A DNA stretch of 55,480 bases, the filler included, from Platydemus manokwari (Eukaryota), in the NCBI GenBank assembly GCA_037951405.1. It is 5 parts of 5 records of this genome, joined end to end, with 100 filler letters (N's around TTAATTAATTAA, not from the genome) between each part and the next. Parts side by side here need not be neighbours in the genome. Positions count along the whole stretch, not along the records: positions 46,354 to 55,480 come from JBBMOY011295539.1; 4 more parts are not named here. The stretch is one strand, 5' to 3'. Shown piece after piece: positions 50,351 through 55,480 of this stretch (positions are counted from its first letter, which is position 1; each line of letters starts with the position of its first letter). A program made the position numbers and the translations under genes. Under the pieces are notes generated by a model. That model was not told where the DNA came from, made no database searches, and saw nothing but the letters and a program-made list of their open reading frames with translations.

Positions 50351-52747
50351 CATATTGAGAATACGTTTTTAAATCCCCATTCTTAATGTTATGGGTTGTA
50401 TAAATATTGATCACTAAACTTTATTTTCTTCGAAAAGTTTTTGAGCAAATTTAGAGAATACGATCTTTGGATATGATTTCCTGAAACATTTCAATTGCTT
50501 TACTTCAGTAATTGTTTCTCACTACTCATTTTATTCGTGTTGAAATTGATCAAGAGAGTCAGGAAATACTACTTATTCTACATCAATCTCATTTCTTCTG
50601 TTGATATTAAATTTCGATGAACTAATATCATTGATACTGAATGGGTTCATTTATTTAGGAAAAAAATAAAATATTTTGGTTTTATTTGACTAAGCAATTA
50701 GCCTTCTACATTTTAAAATATCACATACTTGAGGAATAGGTCGAAAATCAGTTTTTCAAAACCAAATATTATAGATTCATATAAGTGTGATTCACAGAAC
50801 AAATGGAAACACATTACACATTGTGTTAGCTTCTGTTGAACAGAATCATAGAGTTTTAGAAATTTATTTGACTTTCATCTGGTGACCATAGTGACAAATA
50901 ATAAAATCTATTATTACTGGATCCAGTTACTTTTATAATTCTTATTAGCTGACTTTAAATATCTTATTTAACATTTTCTAAAAAATGTCTAATATTTTTG
51001 TCCTTTTATCAAATAATTATATTTATACTGTAAATATGTTATTAAGTTAAAAAATAATAGCAATAATAATTACATTTCAAAGTATTTAAAACATATTTCG
51101 ACTCTGCGTGGACCTCGTCAGTGTCTCATAGGAGATATTTAGGAGTGAAAAAAATTTGGGTGGGTTTATTCTCTATTATAGCTGCTGAAAGCGAATCAGG
51201 CAGTAATAAATCAAATAATTCAAAATCCTTGATTGTTTGAATTACGTTAAAATTTTCAGAAATCTCAAGAAAATCCAAAATTCTGACAAGCCAAAAATTT
51301 TAAGGCGTTATTGAGTCAGATTGTCACTGAGCTTCTAGAAGAGCAGCCACAGGCAGATTTAAAACTGAGCTGCAATTCTTATTGAAGATTATTATAGCTC
51401 CGTCAGATTGAATTTGAAATAAAAAAATTGAAATAATAATGATTATATAATTAATTATAATAAATTTACAAATAAAACATAATAATAATTATAATAAGTC
51501 AACTTCATGAATTCACAAGTCAAGAATCAATTTTTTCAGTAATTAGTTATTGTATCACAAGTTGATTAGTTATATTATTCATTCTGAATTTGGCTTTAGA
51601 TTTGATTGGAATTTTGACGGGTCAGAAATCAATTAATTGTATTTTTTATTGGAACTGAATTCGGATTTGATTTGGGATCTCAACTTCCATAGTCAAAGGC
51701 ATGTTTGTTTTGCATGCTGTATGTTTTTTGTACAATATTCTATCATTATTCTATAGGCTATATACATTATTTCATTGGGTATATTTTATTGTGTGTTATA
51801 TACATTATCCTATTGGTTGTATTTGTATTATTCTATTGAAGTGTGGGTGGGGATCCCAACAATTTATACTTTAACAATGGTAGTTATCATAATAATGATA
51901 ATTTCGTTCTGAAAATCGGTTAGCAGCACTTCAAAACTACGAGAATCGAAATAATTTGATTGGTCACCAACAAAACATCACGAATAAATCTGAATATCCC
52001 AGCTGAAAATATTAATGTGGATATCCCACCATTTTGAAATGCTAGATCATAAAATGATAACACAATCTTTGAATATTATATTTCGATAATATTAGGATAG
52101 GCATGTTTGAATTGAAGCATGTATATCAAAATTTTACATTGAGCCAGACTCCTTTTTTATTAAAGATATTTCTAGCTTTTTTCATCAATTTATTGTGAGA
52201 ATCTTTGATATTTAACAAAATAATTTCATTCGAACTGATGACAGTGAAAACCATTAAAGAGTTAATGAATCCCTAAATCGAAAGTCAGAAATTAATCATT
52301 AAAGATACAATTAAGAGTAGTTTTGTATTGATTTTGGTTTTGTTCAATACAGGGTTTAAAAGCTCAAGTATTTTTGAGTCAAACGACGAATATCATTTAA
52401 TTGAAATTATCCAGATATTAATAGTTGAATCCTTTTATAATCGACAAACCAGCTGTAGTTTAAGATCATGAAATGAATGTCCAAGAATTATATTTATCGG
52501 ATTTTATAAAATTGAAAACGAAGGACAAATGAAAATATACGTGGAGAGATTTTAATCGCAATCATATTTAAAAGCAAGCGGAAAATGTAAATTTATGAGC
52601 TAATTCAGTAACAAATTTGATGAATATTTACAACAATCACACTCAACTCATTCCTTAAAAAACAACGATCATCAGATTGTTGAAGACATTATTAATTCAA
52701 GACAAATCAGGAAAACATAATTTTTTTTCTCCTTTGTAAATCTTTTC

Positions 52748-53221
52748 CTACAAATGTTTGCCTAAATTCCGTTCTCGAACTTTCATACATCTCGATTTAT
52801 GCAACGCCATCACGAAATCCGAGTAAGCTTGATTGCAAATATTACATACGGAAAAATTGCTTAAGGCAGTTTCGCCTGTCTTTTCCGACGATATCGACGA
52901 ATCAAACTGATTCTGACCGCTATAGATCGGTAAGGAGGCATAAGATGATAGTAGTGATGAAGATATTTTCAAATGAATCGGACTACATGATCCGATATGT
53001 TTACCGTATTTCGTTGCTGGAATCATTTGATGGCAAACATCACACTTGATTGCATATCGACTGCATGTGAGTCGAATGGAATCATTTCTCTTCGTTGATT
53101 GAACGGAATTGACCAAGTCAATATCTTCGATCAAACCGAATTTTGGAGATTTCTTATTTAAATGTGCTTGATATTCATGTTCATCTGGATTTTTGCTGAC
53201 ATAGTTAAAAAACAAAGACAT
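52748..53221 (-). CDS. Intronless protein with two C2HC zinc fingers (CX2CX11HX3C; zf-C2HC_2-like)
   Basis: CDVC-x11-H-x3-C and CNIC-x11-H-x3-C in an intact 157-aa ATG-initiated ORF. Confidence 0.75.
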   Translation of the reverse strand: MSLFFNYVSKNPDEHEYQAHLNKKSPKFGLIEDIDLVNSVQSTKRNDSIRLTCSRYAIKCDVCHQMIPATKYGKHIGSCSPIHLKISSSLLSSYASLPIYSGQNQFDSSISSEKTGETALSNFSVCNICNQAYSDFVMALHKSRCMKVRERNLGKHL

Positions 53222-54062
53222 CGATCAAATTATTATTATTATTGATCAACATCAATACAATTTCATATATCCTTTATAAATATTGAGGCAAAATTAATGA
53301 TAATATGGTAATGTTCTGTCATCGAGATTGGAACATGGCCATTTATAATTGGTTTATATTCCTCTAATTGGATACATGATGCCAGTCTCGTTTAATAATG
53401 TAAGCAAGTTATGGAATTAGTGATTTGATGAGACTTTTCAACCAATTGTTTCTTTTATTTCCCAACTACTATTTAGGTATCAATTGATTGCTATTCTCAC
53501 AACAGTAATCTTCTTTTTTTCAATCTCAACTCATCAATTCAACAAAAACACCATAGTAAAACAAGTAATTGTTGATTTATATTTTTTCCAAATAAGATAC
53601 AATTTAAACAAAATAATAGATTTTATTTTTTAATTTTTATCGATGTCGTGCGTTTGTGTTGAATTATTTGTGATTAAATAATTATTTTATTTGTTTTAAT
53701 TATTGCCATCAAATAGCAGTGAAATATTTTCCAGTCAACAAAACAATCCGATTAGATTGTTGGAGGTTTTTGGTTTTTTTGGTTTTTTCTTGTTTTTCTG
53801 CTTGTTTTCTTTGAGGAATTTTTGATGATTTCAACCATTGTGTCCGTATTAAATAATCTAATATTTTTCCCTTTTCATCACATCAATTGTACAGACTGAT
53901 GTTTCTTTGACAGCGTTGACAGCAGGCTTTGATTTAAAATTCGAACAGTGTATGGATTTTCCATCAAACCAGTTATCACTCAATTAGTCGCGAATCATTG
54001 AACCGTATTATTTAATCCGTTTATCAGCAACACGTTTTGTCACCTCTCTTCAAACTATCAAG

Positions 54063-54206
54063 TATAAAATGAAAAGAACAGTTAATTAATTAATGAGTAG
54101 AAATCCTAGTTCGTGCGAAAAAAGCTTATTATTTAGTATTGTTATTTTTATTTTCGTAAGTAAAATCGATATTTGTTTATTTATCTGATAAATATTTTGA
54201 TTTTAG
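54063..54206 (+). promoter_or_regulatory. Putative TATA box (54063) and 51-nt 5'UTR intron (54156-54206) of the neuropeptide gene
   Basis: TATAAAA; GTAAGT...TTTTAG ends 13 nt before the ATG. AATAAA at 54501 lies downstream of the stop. Confidence 0.55.
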
Positions 54207-54219
54207 TTTATATTCAAGA

Positions 54220-54468
54220 ATGGTTAAATCGATGATCCTTCCTCTACTAGTGACAGTCATTATCATATCGATTAGTTCTATGGGTCATTCATTCCCATCA
54301 ATGGAATGCCTTCAAGAATGTAGCGTATCGATTTCGGAATGCCAAATGTGCTGCAGAAATTCGTTTGAATCCGCCGCTGAAATTTGTAGTCAAGTGTCGG
54401 AGAGTTTTTCTCATGATCCTCGAGAGTCAAAGAGAGGCTTTGTTCGATTAGGCCGCGCAGTAAAGTAA
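54220..54468 (+). CDS. npp-1: Neuropeptide prohormone yielding GFVRLamide (flatworm NPP-1 / I/L-amide type)
   Basis: Hydrophobic signal peptide, a six-Cys pro-region, then KR-GFVRL-G-R (dibasic cleavage site plus amidation Gly). Confidence 0.8.
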   Translation: MVKSMILPLLVTVIIISISSMGHSFPSMECLQECSVSISECQMCCRNSFESAAEICSQVSESFSHDPRESKRGFVRLGRAVK

Positions 54469-55480
54469 CGAAAAAATATAAAGTGGTTATAGAATTGAGA
54501 AATAAATGATTTGGTTCACCAGTGTTTTGAGATTTTTTTTTCAATTCGTTTATGCCGAAAAAATCTGATTAAATGAAATTATTTGGAGATATTTTTTTCA
54601 ACAGGTCTCACTGAATTCGATTTATCAAGTAGTATGATTCTTATAGGACTTGTAATCTAGGAATAAACTAAATTCCTATTTGAATATCTGTCTTGGTTAT
54701 GTGAGAGTTGCCTGAAATTTTAGCTTCTTAAACTCTAAACCGTTTTTTTTTGAAATATTTATAAATTTAATTCTCTATCCTTGATCTCATGAAGGTATAT
54801 TTTACAACAACTGAAGGTTGTATAAAAGTAAACTTGTATATTATATTATGATCATTAAGAAGCAGTAAAATAAAGACATAGGTTCGAAATATTGATATAA
54901 AATATTAAAAGGGCCCTTAATATGTTTCATCAGGAATAGAACCACGATAACTATTTTAGATGTTTATTGTTTATTACTTTTAGTCGAACTAAAATGTTGT
55001 TTAAGATTTATCACTAGAATAAGTAAATTTGGAGGTGATCTATTCCCCTATTTTCACACCACAAACCATTATCATTATTTAAGAAAGAAAAATAACAAAT
55101 CATAATTTTATTATTTCATTTTCAAACCACTGCTTGGCCTCAATCTCAATCGATAGAAATATCGTTATATTTCTCATATCATATAAAATATTAATTTCGA
55201 ATTAAAGAAAAATTAGATACAAATATTGGATACGGGTTCGTACAGCATTAAATTGTTCTTTATTGTCATTTAATTAAATAAATGTCAATGAGAATAAATT
55301 AAAAGAAAATAAAATTTAATGTTTGTTGAGAACTGATTTATTATTTTTTAAAATTCTGTTGAAATAAATTTCATATTTTCTATCGGTTGATATTTGATGG
55401 AACAAAATCGATTTAGTTATTCCTGTAGATAGACGGAAGCAAATTGATGAAATACTTTATGATGAAGATATCAGAAAGAT

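Overview
Eukaryotic draft assembly, not a prokaryote: five unrelated contigs joined by 100-nt N spacers that carry an all-frame-stop linker (TTAATTAATTAA). Four contigs are very AT-rich nuclear DNA that looks flatworm-like, probably a triclad. The evidence is an NPP-1-type GFVRLamide neuropeptide precursor and 42-51-nt introns. These contigs also hold the 3' half of a PDE1 gene, a C2HC zinc-finger gene, and many decayed mariner, hAT and Ty3/Gypsy elements and solo LTRs. The middle contig (21768-36574) is a complete, circularisable ~14.6-kb mitochondrial genome of a pulmonate land snail: 13 proteins, 2 rRNAs, 22 tRNAs, genetic code 5, genes on both strands. It cannot be a flatworm mitochondrion and is most simply prey (or host) DNA. 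Its notable features are an inverted trnW, a 219-bp hairpin repeat control region, an in-frame 15-bp triplication in atp8, five tRNAs needing poly(A) repair of the acceptor stem, and an extra spacer between trnV and rrnL. I found no clearly novel multi-gene system. All coordinates were read by eye.
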